Shown here: piece by piece, positions 26,026 through 38,637 of the stretch | Layout of the letters: every line of letters starts with the position of its first letter | Numbering within the stretch: the stretch's first letter is position 1 | DNA from: Octopus vulgaris | Taxonomy: Eukaryota | NCBI GenBank assembly: GCA_951406725.2 | Contig: OX597831.1 | Coordinates: 57,598,001 to 57,662,000 of the forward strand | DNA: 64,000 bases | Reading direction: 5' to 3' | Notes under the pieces: generated by a model | Database searches by the model: none | What the model saw: the letters and a program-made list of their open reading frames with translations, nothing else | Told to the model about the DNA's origin: nothing | Translations under genes and position numbers: made by a program

Positions 26026-26691
26026 TATTATTATTTCATAAGGTGGTGAGCTGGCAGAATTATTAGCATGCCGGTCAAAACGCTTAGTGGCATTTTGCCT
26101 GTCTTTACGTTCTGAGTTCAAATTCCGCCAAAGTTGACTTTGCCTTTCTAGCTTTTGGGGGTAAAATAAATACCATTAGAGTACTGGGGTTGATAAACTA
26201 GGTACCAGTTGAGTACTGGGGTTAGTGTAATTGACTAACTCCTTCCCCACACATTTCAGGCCTTGTGTACATGGTAGAATGGATTATTATTTTATTTTAT
26301 AATTTTTCTTTCTTGTATTGAAGTGGCAATGTCCATGATCTTACAGACCCTCTTGTGCTGATGAAAAATTGTTTTTGTGTAATCTGCAGTCAACTTTGAA
26401 TTGAGTAATCTATGATAAAATGAAAGCCCGCCAACCATAATAATTCTGCCTTATTTACAAACTATGTATCAAGACTATATTATCTTGTAACTTTTAGTTT
26501 TAAGTTAATCTCTTGTTTGACAGGAATTTGGTTATTTCTGCTCTGTCCAGCTGCTCAAGCTGCCACATATAGACTCTCCTTGATGGTTCATGACTTGCAA
26601 CGTTCATGTGGTCACTGACCAGCCTCAGCACCAACTTTAGGTTAATGTCTGCTGACAAAGAAAACAAATACGAAAGTGGATGAATCTTTAA

Positions 26692-26946
26692 CCCTTTCAT
26701 TACCAACCCAGCTGAAACTGGCTCCGGCTCTGAGTACAAATGTCTTGTTTTCATAAGTTTTGAATTAAGACCTTCCACCAAACCCCAGTCTCAATTTATG
26801 TTCCTAACACTAGCTGTATGATAACTAAGTTCATCATCATCATCATCGTTTAACGTCCGCTTTCCATGCTGTACTAAATTCTTTGTTATATTTAAAGTAA
26901 TTGAAAGAAACACAGAGCATCTCAAAATAAATACAGTAACAAAAGG
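26692..26946. mobile_element. piggyBac-like MITE (family 2) with a 39-bp RTE-tail insert
   Basis: TTAA-cccttt start and aaaaggtttaa end. Inverted partial copy at 27598-27747. Confidence 0.7.
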
Positions 26947-27212
26947 TTTAATAGGACTGATCCAGATGTATGCTTCAGAGCATACCCTGCAAATGCCACC
27001 GCAAAATGTATGGTGGAATAAATGTTATAAGCCAGGAGACCCCAACTACCAGGTTGCAGACCAATACTAGGTGATGGATCATTTGGTTTCTGGGCCACAT
27101 AGAAAGAATAAATTCTAAAACTCATAATTGAATATTGCAATCTGCAGAGTATTTTTGTATTATATATGTATTAAAAAATATATAATAGCAACTGAGGTAG
27201 TATTTAAACTAA

Positions 27213-27410
27213 GACATAATATTTATCTCCTCTTAAACGTGGATGTTCTGTTAGAAAAAACTTCACTGTAGTATTTATCATGAGAAAATCTCTCACACGG
27301 GCTTAAGCTTTCAGACTTTTGAGTTTCTTTCATGGTAAATACTGTAGTAAAGTTGTTTCTAACAGAAGAACATCCACATTTTAAGTGGGAATAAATACAT
27401 ATGTTTTATA
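27213..27410. repeat. Imperfect ~75-bp inverted repeat (probable MITE)
   Basis: tatttatctcctcttaaacgtggatgttctgttagaaa... versus ...tttctaacagaagaacatccacattttaagtgggaataaata. Confidence 0.65.
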
Positions 27411-27758
27411 TACATAATAATTAAATTATAGATTATGCACTTTATTGTGTTTTATTATGCATGAGATCCTCCAGTCGTGGGAAACATTCTCTCATGAAAC
27501 CAATTTGTGGTGCAAAATAAGGTTGACAGTTGCTGTTATAGGCACCACGTACTGCTCTGTGAGTTCACCCTCCTAATTTTTTCTACAATGTTCTTAACCC
27601 TTTAGTTACTGCATTTATTTTAAGATGCTCTGTGTTTCTTTCAATTACTTTAAATATAACAAAGAATTTAGTAAAATAACTTATAGTTAGTATTCAGCTA
27701 GTGTTAGGAACATAAATTGTGACTAAGGTTTGGTGGAAGATCTTAATATCACATATTG

Positions 27759-28044
27759 TCATCATCATCATCATCGTTTAACGTCCGCTTTCCATGCTAG
27801 CATGGGTTGGACGGTTCGACTGGGGTCTGGGAAGCCAGGAGGCTGCACCAGGACCAGTCTGATCTGGCAGTGTTTCTACAGCTGGATGCCCTTCCTAACG
27901 CCAACCACTTCGTGAATGTAGTGGGTGCTTTTTACGTGCCAGGCAAGGCTGGCAACGGCGGTCACAATTGGTTGGCGTTTTTTACGTGCCACCGGCATGG
28001 AGGCCAGTCGAGGTGGCACTGGCAACAGCCACATTCGGATGGTA
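27759..28044 (-). mobile_element. RTE 3' UTR copy directly downstream of the tRNA-Asp pseudogene
   Basis: Reverse-complement match to the LINE tail, with (ATC)n at 27759. Confidence 0.85.
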
Positions 28045-28055
28045 AATTAAGACGC

Positions 28056-28127
28056 CTCTCCGGCGGGGAATTGAACCCTAGTCTCCCACATGACAGGCGG
28101 GGATACTTACCACTATACTACTGAGGA
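28056..28127 (-). pseudogene. tRNA-Asp(GTC) pseudogene
   Basis: Minus strand reads TCCTCAGTAGTATAGTGGTAAGTATCCCCGCCTGTCATGTGGGAGACTAGGGTTCAATTCCCCGCCGGAGAG, a 72-nt match to eukaryotic tRNA-Asp(GTC). Several CpG-type transitions and acceptor/T-stem mismatches. Confidence 0.85.
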
Positions 28128-28354
28128 CATTGTGTTTTATGAAAGCTAGGTTAAAAGCACTGAAATTCTTGTGAGGTTACATGGGTCTACTTTGATTTAA
28201 ACTAGTGTCAAGCAATTGCAAGAGAGCATTTTCTTCCCTTTTGTTGGTGTTTTTTACCCAATCGGGAACCCTTTATTGGCATTTAAGTGTTGATGTTGTT
28301 TTAATATTTCATCCTTGAGCCTTTGGGCTAATAAAAGTAAATAATAATAATAAT

Positions 28355-28978
28355 AATGGTTTCAAATTTTGCCACAAAGGCAGCAATTTTGTGGGGAGGG
28401 GATGAGTCGATTACATCATCCCCAGTGTCCAACTGGTACTTATTTTATCAACCCCGAAAACCTGGAAGGCAAAGTCAACCTTGGTGGAATTTGAACTCAG
28501 AACAGAATGGCAGGCGAAATACCACTAAGCGTTTCATCTAGCGTGCTAACAATTCTGCCAGCTTGCCGCCTTAATAATAATAATAATCTTTTCTACTATA
28601 GGCACAAGGCCTGAAATTAGTGGGGCGGGAACTAATCGATTACATCAACCCCCAGTGTTTCATTAGTTCATTGAACCCAAAAGGGTGAAAGGCAAAGTTG
28701 ACCTTGGCAGAATTTGAACTCAGAGTGGAACGACAGGTAGAATACCTATTTCTTTACTACCCAGGACAGACAAACGGATTAAGTCGATTATATCGACCCC
28801 AAACGGATTAAGTCGATTATATCGACCCCAGTGCGTAACTGGTACTTATTTAATTGACCCTGAAAGGATGAAAGGCAAAGTCGACTTCGGCGGAATTTGA
28901 ACTCAGAACGTAGTGGCAGACGAAATACCGCTAAGCATTTCGCCTGGCGTGCTAACGTTTCTGCCAGCTCGCCGCCTT
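28355..28978 (-). mobile_element. Cluster of SINE family B copies
   Basis: Three tandem or nested reverse copies separated by (AAT)n; internal 29-bp duplication at 28772-28829. Confidence 0.8.
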
Positions 28979-29371
28979 GATGATGATAATAAATGATGAT
29001 AATAATAATAATAATAATCCTTTCTACCATAGGCACAAAGCCTGAAATTTTGGAAAAGAAGTTTGTATAATTCTTATGGCTTTTTAAGTTCTCATTTCAA
29101 ATTCTGCTGACTTTGCTTGATAAAATAAGTACCAGTTGAGCACTGGGGGTCAATGTAATCGGCTTGTCCCCACTCTTCCTCAATTTTAGGCCTTTATTAT
29201 TATTATTATTATTATTGAATTCGAATCCTACCATGATTATCATCTTTACTTTTTATTCTTCCCAAGTTGATAAAATGAGTACGAGTCAAGTTAAGGGATC
29301 AGTTTAATCATCTAATTCCTCCCTTCAAAACTGTAGTTGTGTGCCAATCTTAGAAATTCTCTCTCTGGGGT

Positions 29372-29750
29372 TTTACTCTTTTACTTGTTTCAGTCATTTG
29401 ACTGTGGCCATGCTGGAGCACCGCCTTTAGTCGAGCAAATCGACCCCAGGACTTATTCTTTGTAAGCCTAGTACTTATTCTATCGGTCTCTTTTGCCGAA
29501 CCGCTAAGTTACGGGGACGTAAACACACCAGCATCGGTTGTCAAGCGATGCTGGGGGACAAACACACACATGTATATATATATATATATGTATATACGAC
29601 GGGCTTCTTTCAGTTTCCGTCTACCAAATCCACTCACAAGGCTTTGGTCGGCCCGTGGCTATAGTAGAAGACACTTGCCCAAGGTGCCACGCAGTGGGAC
29701 TGAACCCGGAACCATGTGGTTGGTAAGCAAGCTACTTACCACACAGCCAC
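29372..29750 (-). mobile_element. SINE family A
   Basis: Full-length reverse copy. Confidence 0.85.
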
Positions 29751-30410
29751 CCCTAGCTTGTTTTTTAATACCTGCCGTATGAATAAAATAAACAAAATAT
29801 ATTCATTATTATACGTCTGTTCCCTACAATGTTCAAGCTGTGTGGCACTATTTGAGAAATCCTTGTTAAGGTGATAGAATGCCTTGATTGTCTAGTTCAA
29901 AACCCACTAGCTGGCTATTAAAATAAAACACCACCTATGTACTGAAGTTGATATAATCTAATGCCTTCCTCCGGTCTCCACTTTGTAACATTGTGACGGC
30001 ATTAGAAATAATAATCTTTTCAAATCTAATGTAAGGCACAAGGCTTGATATTGTGTTGGGAGTGGGTAGTCGTTTATATAAACTCCAGTACTTGACTGGT
30101 ACTTGATTTCATCAACCCCCCGAAAAGATGAAAGGCAAAGTCAACCTCCGCAGAATTTCAACTCAGTACGTAGAGCCAGAAGAAATGCCGCTAAGTAAGC
30201 ATTTAGTCCAGCGCGCTAACAATACTGCCAGCTCGTCACCTTGACATTAGAAGAAGAAGAAATAATAATAATAATAAAAATAAAGAGTGAAGAAAATAGG
30301 CAGAATCATTAGAGCATTGGAAAAATGTTCTGGTTCTTTATATTCTGAGTTCAAATCCCCGATACGGTCAACTTTGCTTTTTTTATCTTTCTGAGTTGAA
30401 TAAAATATAA

Positions 30411-30635
30411 TACCTGTTTCTTTATTACCCACAAGGGGCTGAACACAGAGGGGACAAACAAGGACAGACATAGGTATTAAGTCGATTACACCGACCCCAG
30501 TGCGTAACTGGTACTTAATTTATCGACCCCGAAAGGATGAAAGGTAAAGTCGACCTCGGCGGAATTTGAACTCACAACGTAACGGCAGACGAAATACCGC
30601 TAAGCATTTCGCCCGGCGTGCTAACGTTTCTGCCA
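30411..30635 (-). mobile_element. SINE family B (young, CpG-rich)
   Basis: Reverse copy inserted in an older forward copy. Confidence 0.8.
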
Positions 30636-31249
30636 AAATATAATACCAGTTAAGTATTTGGGTAAACGTAATTAAGAGAGATTTGGCTTCTCTTTTTAGG
30701 CGGTCAGTCAGCCAGAATTTAAATGCTTAGCAGTATTTAGACTCATCCTTGTACAATCCGAGTCAAAATCCTGTTGGGTTTGCTAAGTACTCGTCGAGTA
30801 ATTTGGGTTGTATAATCAAGCATTTATCTTCTTTTCATCGTGCCTTGTGAAAAAGCAATATTATAATCATTATCTCATCGCCTCTGTCAATCGAAGCAGG
30901 TGGTTATCAAAAGGGAACTCACGAAATTACCCACTCCCACAGCTTCAGTCAGAATTATTGCTTTATTTTTATACGTATTTATTTTTATAGAAATTGATAT
31001 GGAAACCTCTATTTGAATTCGCTCACCTTCCAACCCGCCTTAGTCACTGTTCCGTTCTCTGTTTCTCTCCTCACCCTTCTTCCGTTGCAACTATCTCCAT
31101 AACTTGAATACTTTCACTTGTGCAAAGAAATGAGCCAGCCATAGTTGCTGCTATGCAATCATAGTCCTCACTGAAGGCTGGGTGTTTTTGTTTATTATCC
31201 TAGACTGCTGCTATAACTACTATTACCATTAGAGTGGTGATTGTGATAG

Positions 31250-31760
31250 CCAGAGAGAGAGAGACAAAAAAACGCTGATTGTCTGGACGGAGGCCTTTTC
31301 TACAAATCCACTCCTATTATAATTACTCCAGTGTACTGACATTCAAGTCCCTCCTGGGTCGATAACATAACTACAGGTAATATTCTGTCGACGTCATCAT
31401 CAACGATCCAGTTAACCCTTCTAAACACACACACATACAAACATACCACAAAAATGAGGCTTTTGGATAGACTAGCAGGGTGGAGACTGCTAAATCGTAA
31501 AGCGAAAATAAAGAAACGAAATCGTTTTCTCCCTCTCTCACACACACACTAACTTAAACCTCGCCCTAATCACACACCCTTCCTTCCAACCCGACTGTCT
31601 GTGCCAGCCCACGTATGCTAACACACGTCACTCCTCCTCCTCTCACTCCCCCTCCTCCTTCGTCCGTCTCTTAATTCTCCACCCCCTCCTTTTCTCTTTC
31701 TTCTGTCTCAATTCTCTTGTAGCTGCTGCTGCTGCTGCTGTTGCATTAGTGTTGCCGCTA
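31250..31760 (+). promoter_or_regulatory. Possible promoter and 5' non-coding exons of an unidentified transcript
   Basis: TE-poor, CpG-retaining region. Donor CAG|GTAATA at 31377, pyrimidine-rich acceptor at 31722 and donor GTAAGT at 31761. Confidence 0.3.
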
Positions 31761-31947
31761 GTAAGTCATGGCATGTGGTGGAGGTGGTAGTGGCGGTGAC
31801 GGCGGAGGCGGCAATGGTATTATGGTGATGGTGAGGGGCTCTGGTTAAAAGAGAACCCGTTGTTTTCTACTCTCGCAAACGGGCACTTTTCACCTCTTTT
31901 TATTACACGTTAATTCTACGCGTTCCATCTCTTTCCCCCTCACCTCT

Positions 31948-31992
<45 letters not shown>

Positions 31993-33449
31993 CCACCTTG
32001 GATCCAGTTTCCTAGCACCGGAGATGAAGGTAGTTTTCCAGCAAATACTACTTCAATAACTGCAAACTAATACCGCCAGCATCGACAGTAGTACACGTAG
32101 TGCTACTGCATTTGGCAGTAGTAGTAGCAGCAGCAGCAGTGGTGGTGGTAGCAGCTGTAGTAGTGATGGTTAAATGGTGTTGGTAATAGCTGTAACAGTA
32201 CAGATTGAGAGCTTACTGTGTATGTAGCAGTTGTGATAGTAATAGTACAAATAACACAACTACTAGTAGCAGTACTGCTTGCAGTGGTAGTAGTGGTGGT
32301 GGTTAATGATTTTAGTAATAGCTGTAGCAGTACAAGCAGTGGTTACTGTGTGTAGTAGTATTTATAGTACTAACAACATACAGCTAATAGTAATAGTACT
32401 ACTGGTTGTAGAAGTGCTATTATTATTATTAGTAGTATTAGTATTAGTATTAGTAGTTCTACATAGATCTCTCACCTCATTCACAAATTTACTACTGCTA
32501 GCTCTCATAATAAATTTTCAAAGGTGTGTGGTATATGGTGGCTTCGCTAGCTCAATTTACATTATCTGCTTTGCGCCGGCGCACACCACCCCATATCATC
32601 ATACCATACCGTTCCTTACCTGGACTGATTGCTAGTGTTGTTACGTTGCTAAGCTCTATCCAAGATTATTCTTCTCAGCTTAGAACTTGTAAACAAACCA
32701 ATAAACATAAATCTAACAGCAAACGAGTTTCCTCTAAATTACTTTGATATAAGCTTTATATGTTTTGTGTGGATGTATGTATATTGTATGTAAATTATTG
32801 ATGTTGTTGTTGGTGGTGGTGGAGGTGATAGTCTGCTAAGTCAAGTTAAATTGCATTACTGCTGTGTTTAGTTTTCGTCGCTCTTCGTTTTTGATTCAGA
32901 TACTAACAGGATTAACTTATGAATTTTATTTGTCTGGAGATTGTAGAATAATTGCTTCTAATTTAGGTGCAAAACCAGCAATTTTCAAGGGAATTGCTTC
33001 TAATGAAGGTGCAAGACCAGTAATTTTCAAAGGAGAGACGGGTTGATTAAATCGACCTAATTCTTGATGTACTTCATTTTTTAATAGTCTTGAAACGATA
33101 AAAGGTAAAAATTGACCTCAGTGCGATTTGAACCCTGAATGTAAAGGACTGGAAGAAATACCATAGGGCACTTATTTTGTTTTGCTGATGCTCTTACAAT
33201 TCTGCTGACTCCTTGTCTTTGGAGTTCTTGAAGTAATAACTAATCGTGCAATGAGTAGATCTTGGGTGGGAGATGACATGCAGTAGTTTAGATCCCAAGG
33301 TAGTATTGCCTTTCATTTTTCCTCATTTGATAACTAGAAATAAGTCACATACTGGGTTGATGAACTCACCTGTACTTTCCCCCCAAAATTTGTGACCTTG
33401 TGCTAACATGAACAGTAGAGTGCCATATATATATATAATAAACATACAT

Positions 33450-33830
33450 AGGTGCATGAGAGGCTGTGTGGTGAGTAGCTTGCTTACCAACCGCATGGTT
33501 CCGGGTTCAGTCCCACTGCATGGCACCTTGGGCAAGTGTCTTCTACTATAGCCTCGGGCTGACCGAAGCCTTGTGAGTGAATTTGGTAGACGGAAACTGA
33601 AAGAACCCCGTCGTATATATGTATGTTTGTGTGTCTGTGTTTGTCCCCCCAACATCGCTTGACAACCGATGCTAGTGTGTTTACATCCCCGTAACTTAGC
33701 GGTTCGGCAAAAGAGAGCGATAGAGTAAGTATTAGGCTTACAAAGAATAAGTCCTGGGGTTTCGATTTCCTCGACTAAAGGCGGTGCTCCAGCATGGCCG
33801 CAGTCAAATGACTGAAACAAGTAAAAGAGT
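33450..33830 (+). mobile_element. SINE family A
   Basis: Full-length copy. Confidence 0.85.
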
Positions 33831-34008
33831 ATAAACCTTTTATGGTCATAGTTCTAATCCAGCCATGATTATTAACTTTGCCTTTCCTCCTTCTGGGGGA
33901 TCAATGAGATAAGTACTAGTTAAGTACTGGTGCTTATTTAATTGACTACAACTTCTCCCCATGACTGTTTGGTCTTGTGTTTTAAATCAGTAATTTATTA
34001 TCATTATT

Positions 34009-34450
34009 AAGGTGGCAAGCTGGCAGAGTTGTTAGCCTGCTTGATGAAATGCTTATCAGTATGTTGCCTGTCGCCACATTCCGAGTTCAAATTCCACCAA
34101 GGTCAACTTTACCTTTCATCCTTTCTGGGTTAATAAATTAAGTACCAGTGAAACACTGGGGTCGATGTAATCGACTAGTCCCCTCCGCCACAATTTCAGG
34201 CCTTGTGCCTATAGTAGAAAGGATTATTAATATTGTTAAGGCAGCGAGCTGGCGGAATTGTTAGCATGCTGGACGGAAATGTCTAGCAGTATTTCGCTTG
34301 TCACTATGTTCTGTGTTCAAATTCCACCAAGTTCAACTTTGACTTTCATCCTTTCAGGGGTAAATAAACTAAGTACCAGTGAAACACTGGTGGTCAGTGT
34401 AATCAACTAGTCCCCTCCCACCAAATTTCAGGCCTTTAGTAGAAAGGATT
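34009..34450 (+). mobile_element. Two tandem SINE family B copies
   Basis: Head and core repeated at 34009 and 34239, each with an (ATT)n tail. Confidence 0.8.
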
Positions 34451-34679
34451 ATTATTATGAAAATCAGCTGTGTCCTCTAAGTAGTTTTCTCTGAGTTGTG
34501 TAATATATATTATATTGTCATTTTGTATATACATCATTACTTCGTTCATTGTGCCCTTTGCTGATTTAAATGAGTTTGTGTGATTTAAGGGAAATTGGCT
34601 GCTACTTTCCAGCAGATTGAATGACTGTGTAGAGGTCTTTTCTTTTTGTGAAGTAAAATTTATTATTATTATTATTTAT

Positions 34680-34851
34680 AGGTGTAGGAGTGGCTGTGTG
34701 GTAAGTAGCTTGCTTACGAGCCACATGGTTCCAGGTTCAGTCCCACTGCATGGCACCTTGGACAAGTGTCTTCTACTATAGCCTTGGGCCGACCAAAGCC
34801 TTGTGAGTGGATTTGGTAGACAGAAACTGAAAGAAGCCTGTCGTATATATG

Positions 34852-34884
<33 letters not shown>

Positions 34885-34974
34885 ATATGTTTGTTTGTCT
34901 GTGTTTGTCCCCTCAACATCACTTGACAACCGATGTTGGTGTGTTTACATCCCCGTAACTTAGCGGTTCGGCAA
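34680..34974 (+). mobile_element. SINE family A (3'-truncated)
   Basis: Head and body match; ends at the mariner fragment. Confidence 0.8.
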
Positions 34975-35270
34975 GCTGGAAGTCTACGGGTGCTAAATCT
35001 GGCAAATAGGACAAGTGTGGAACTGATACCATTTTTGGTGAGAAACTCACAAGTGAGGAGAGCTTGGTGACGGGTGCCTTGTCATCGTGAAGAATCCAAT
35101 TGTTGGACTCATGTGACAGACCAACAACGTCAGCAATGTCGTTGATTATCTTCTGATGATCCTCATGCACAAGCTGATGAATTTTTTCCACATTTCCGGG
35201 GTGATGCTTGTGGCTGGTCTTCCAGATTGCTCATTGGGGGTTTGACAAAAATTCTTCAAAGTGGTTCCAC
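34975..35270 (-). mobile_element. Mariner transposase fragment (internally deleted)
   Basis: SGRPATS, WILHDDKAP (HDNAP motif) and PHLSYLPDLAPVDF (YSPDLAP motif). Confidence 0.8.
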
Positions 35271-35276
35271 AGTCTA

Positions 35277-35668
35277 GTGGTTGTGTGGTAAGTAGCTTGC
35301 TTACCAACCACATGGTTCCGGGTTCAGTCCCACTGCGTGGCACCTTAGGCAAGTGTCTTCTACTATAGAGTCGGGCCGACCAGAGCCTTGTGAGTAGATT
35401 TGGTAGATGGAAACTGAAAGAAGCCTGTTGCATATATGTATATATATATGTGTGTATATGTTTGTGTGTCTGTGTTTGTCCCCCCAACATCACTTGACAA
35501 CCGATGCTGGTGTGTTTACGTCCCCGTAACTTAGCGGTTCAGCAAAAGAGACTGATAGAATAAGTACTAGGCTTACAAAGAATAAGTCCTGGGGTCGATT
35601 TGCTTGACTAAAGGCGGTACTCCAGCATGGCCACAGTCAAATGACTGAAACAAATAAAAGATGAAGAT
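35277..35668 (+). mobile_element. SINE family A
   Basis: Near full-length copy. Confidence 0.85.
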
Positions 35669-36239
35669 AAATCATTTATTAAAACAGATATAAGCTCATA
35701 AAGTTTTGAAAGTGTTTTAGATTATGTTGTATTTTTTTTTTTTTTATAGTTAAGTCACATATCTTCAAACTAATTTCCACCATGAATTGAAATCTGCCTG
35801 CACTAGTAATATTCTGAGGTTCATTTACTCAAATTTATCCCTCCTCTAAAAATTGGCTGTATGCCTTTTAGACTGAAATCAGAAATTTGTAATGATGATA
35901 GATATAGCCAAAACAATAAATAGATCATTGGAATATAGTCTTCACTTGATCTGGTTCCATATTTTATTGTTCAAGTTGAAATGTTGCCAAAGCCAGGTTT
36001 TGCCTTTTATCCCTGCAAGGTTGATAAAAATAAAAGATATTGGTCATATGCTATGATTGATTCAATTGACTACATTCCTTCGTAAAAACTAGCCTTTTGC
36101 CCAATTAAGAAATAATGATTTCTCACATTGGAACAAGGCCAAATAATTGTAAGAGGGGGTATACTTTATTGAATCAGTCCCAGTACATGACTGGTTGTTC
36201 TTCATATTTTGACTATTGTTTTTTATTATTATTATTATT

Positions 36240-36466
36240 ACTCTTTTACTCGTTTCAGTCATTTGACTGTGGCCATTGCCTTCAGTCGAGCAAATCGACT
36301 CTAGGACTTATTCTTTGTAAGCCTAGTACTTATTCTATCGGTCTTTTTTGCTGAACTGCTAAGTTACGGGGACGTAAACACACTAGCATCGGTTGTCAAG
36401 CGATGCTGGGGGGACAAACACAGATACACAAGCACACACTCACACATACATACATATATATATATA

Positions 36467-36511
<45 letters not shown>

Positions 36512-36649
36512 TTATATAATATTAATTCGAGACAAAACCACTATTTTGCAAAACAAACAAGGAAAGACTTAATCAATACATACAAATTTTTAATATAAAG
36601 AAATAAACCGCCACTACAATTTGGATTTATTCCCTAATATTTATTATTA

Positions 36650-36702
<53 letters not shown>

Positions 36703-37232
36703 TAGCAGTGTCGCCCGGCGTTGCTCAGGTTTGTAAGGAAATAACTATAAAGCATTTTTAGAGAGTTATAGCCAAAAAATAGCAAAAAAATGGGGAAAAA
36801 ATGATGGTAAATTTTTTTTTTGAGAGTTAAAAAAGGTGGAGTTGCGTCCCCTAGACGGTCTGTGGTTTGGGTTTCTGATTCTCGACCCCATGTCGAATTT
36901 ATCGATTTTTTCAGAACTGGGGGAACTTTTCAAAATTTTCGCTGCGTTAGTTTTGAATTATGACATTGGGCTATGTGTGTGTCAAGTTTCATCAGAATCG
37001 GTTGAAAGCCGTGGTCAGAGTGAGGGTACGAGAAAACAGACACACAGAAAACGCACAGACAAACTGCCGTTTATATAGAGAGAGATATACACACATATGT
37101 ACGACGAGCTTCTTTCAGTTTCTGTCTACTAAATCCACTCACAAGGCTTTTGCCCAAGGTGCGACGCAGTGGGACTGAACCCAGAACTATGTGGTTGGTA
37201 AGCAAGCTATTTACCACACAGCCACTCCTGCA
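36240..37232 (-). mobile_element. SINE family A interrupted by nested insertions
   Basis: 3' half at 36240-36430 and 5' half at 37100-37232, with a Helitron and other sequence in the internal microsatellite. Confidence 0.75.
36702..37085 (-). mobile_element. Non-autonomous Helitron
   Basis: Minus strand has 5'-TC...CTAG-3' with a subterminal GC-rich hairpin (cctgagcaacgccggg), inserted between A and T with no TSD. Confidence 0.75.
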
Positions 37233-38214
37233 CCTTATTATTATTATTATTATTATTATTTATTGATCTGTGCTGTGGTACACACAGATGTTCTTGGACA
37301 GTTTCAATAACTTATCTATTTTCTGGGAGTGCAGGTTGTTTAATTCCTCACTCAACTCCTTTCCATTATTGGAGAAAGGCACTCTGTAAGTAATCTCCCA
37401 TGCTTCTTGTAACAATGCAATGTGGTTAATTTAGAGAGAGATAGGGAGAGAGAGAGAGAGAAAGAGAGAACAAGCCTCTGTACTAGATTTCTATTTCTAT
37501 TTAACAATTCTGGAAAGATGTAAATCAAGTTGATTTTTTTTTTTTTTGTTCTAAGACACAATGAATTTGTTTGTTTGGAAATGGGATTAATGATCTTATG
37601 ATCGTGGGAGCAACACCCAAATTGGTAAGCCATGTGTCTTCATCAATAGTTCGGTAGTTCAGAGTCCATATGGCCCTTGGGGCTCCATATAAGATTTTGT
37701 TAAACTATAGAGCTATAAGTTGCTCATACTTCTACAATACACAGAATGTTTTAGCAATTTTTTTTTTGTATACAATTCCTAATAATATTTAATAAAAATA
37801 TAGGATTATTTAAAACATAGGGCCTGGTAGAGTAAAATAGGAATCTAAGGGGTCCATAATAATAAAAAAAATGGTTGAGAACTACTATAAAAATCAAAAA
37901 GGGTAAAGTTACCTTCTTGAGTCGTACTGACTCGCAAGAGCTGGTTTCCTGATTTCATGGTGTATATATTCTGCACCTGGACAGGATGCCAGTCCATTGC
38001 AGAATTACTAGTTTTTGCCATTTGAGTGGACTAGAGCAACGTGAAATAAAGTGTTTTGGTGAAGAACACAAGGCGTTGCCTGGTTCAGGAATCGAAACCT
38101 TAGTCTTATGATCATGAGTCCAATACCCTAACCACTAAGCTGCATACCTCTGTACTAGACAGAGGTAACTATATCAAAATATCTTGTTATCTATCCTTGA
38201 AAGGCTTTTTTTTT

Positions 38215-38540
38215 TCGAGAGGAAGTAGTGCCCATGACCTTCACAGGCTCTCTGAGACAGTTGACATTGATGTCATCAATTGTGAGTCAACACCTATAGG
38301 AAAGACATGCACAGGGAATGAGTTCTAGAGGGCCAACATTCTAAGAAAGAACTGGATGTTGTGTAGGGCTGGGTGGGGGCTGAGATGAGGAGAGATCAGT
38401 GGGTCAGGAATGCCTGGTTTGGAGGTGGCACAGATCCCAATAAGCTCCAAGGAGCAAAAGGCACTGTGGTAATGCTAAAAAAAAAAACATAAAGAGAGAG
38501 GGGACAGCATGCCTGTGATCTAGAGACTGGAGTGTATCTG
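38215..38540 (-). mobile_element. Degenerate L2/Crack-like LINE 3' fragment
   Basis: Minus-strand peptides resemble the LQ.L.HRR.V.SL..F..YYH..CS.EL ... NSLP..VFP C-terminal motif; frameshifted. Confidence 0.45.
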
Positions 38541-38637
38541 TGATTTCATCATGCTAATCATTCAGTTGACTCTAACTGACCCTTTTTATGGAAACAACTT
38601 AGAATGTATATGAACTTTTGAATGAGTAACTTTTCCA

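Noticed and set aside
32306-32747. 109-aa hydrophobic and 73-aa ORFs
   Set aside because: The first derives from (GTA/TTA)n low complexity; the second has no recognisable homology or domain.
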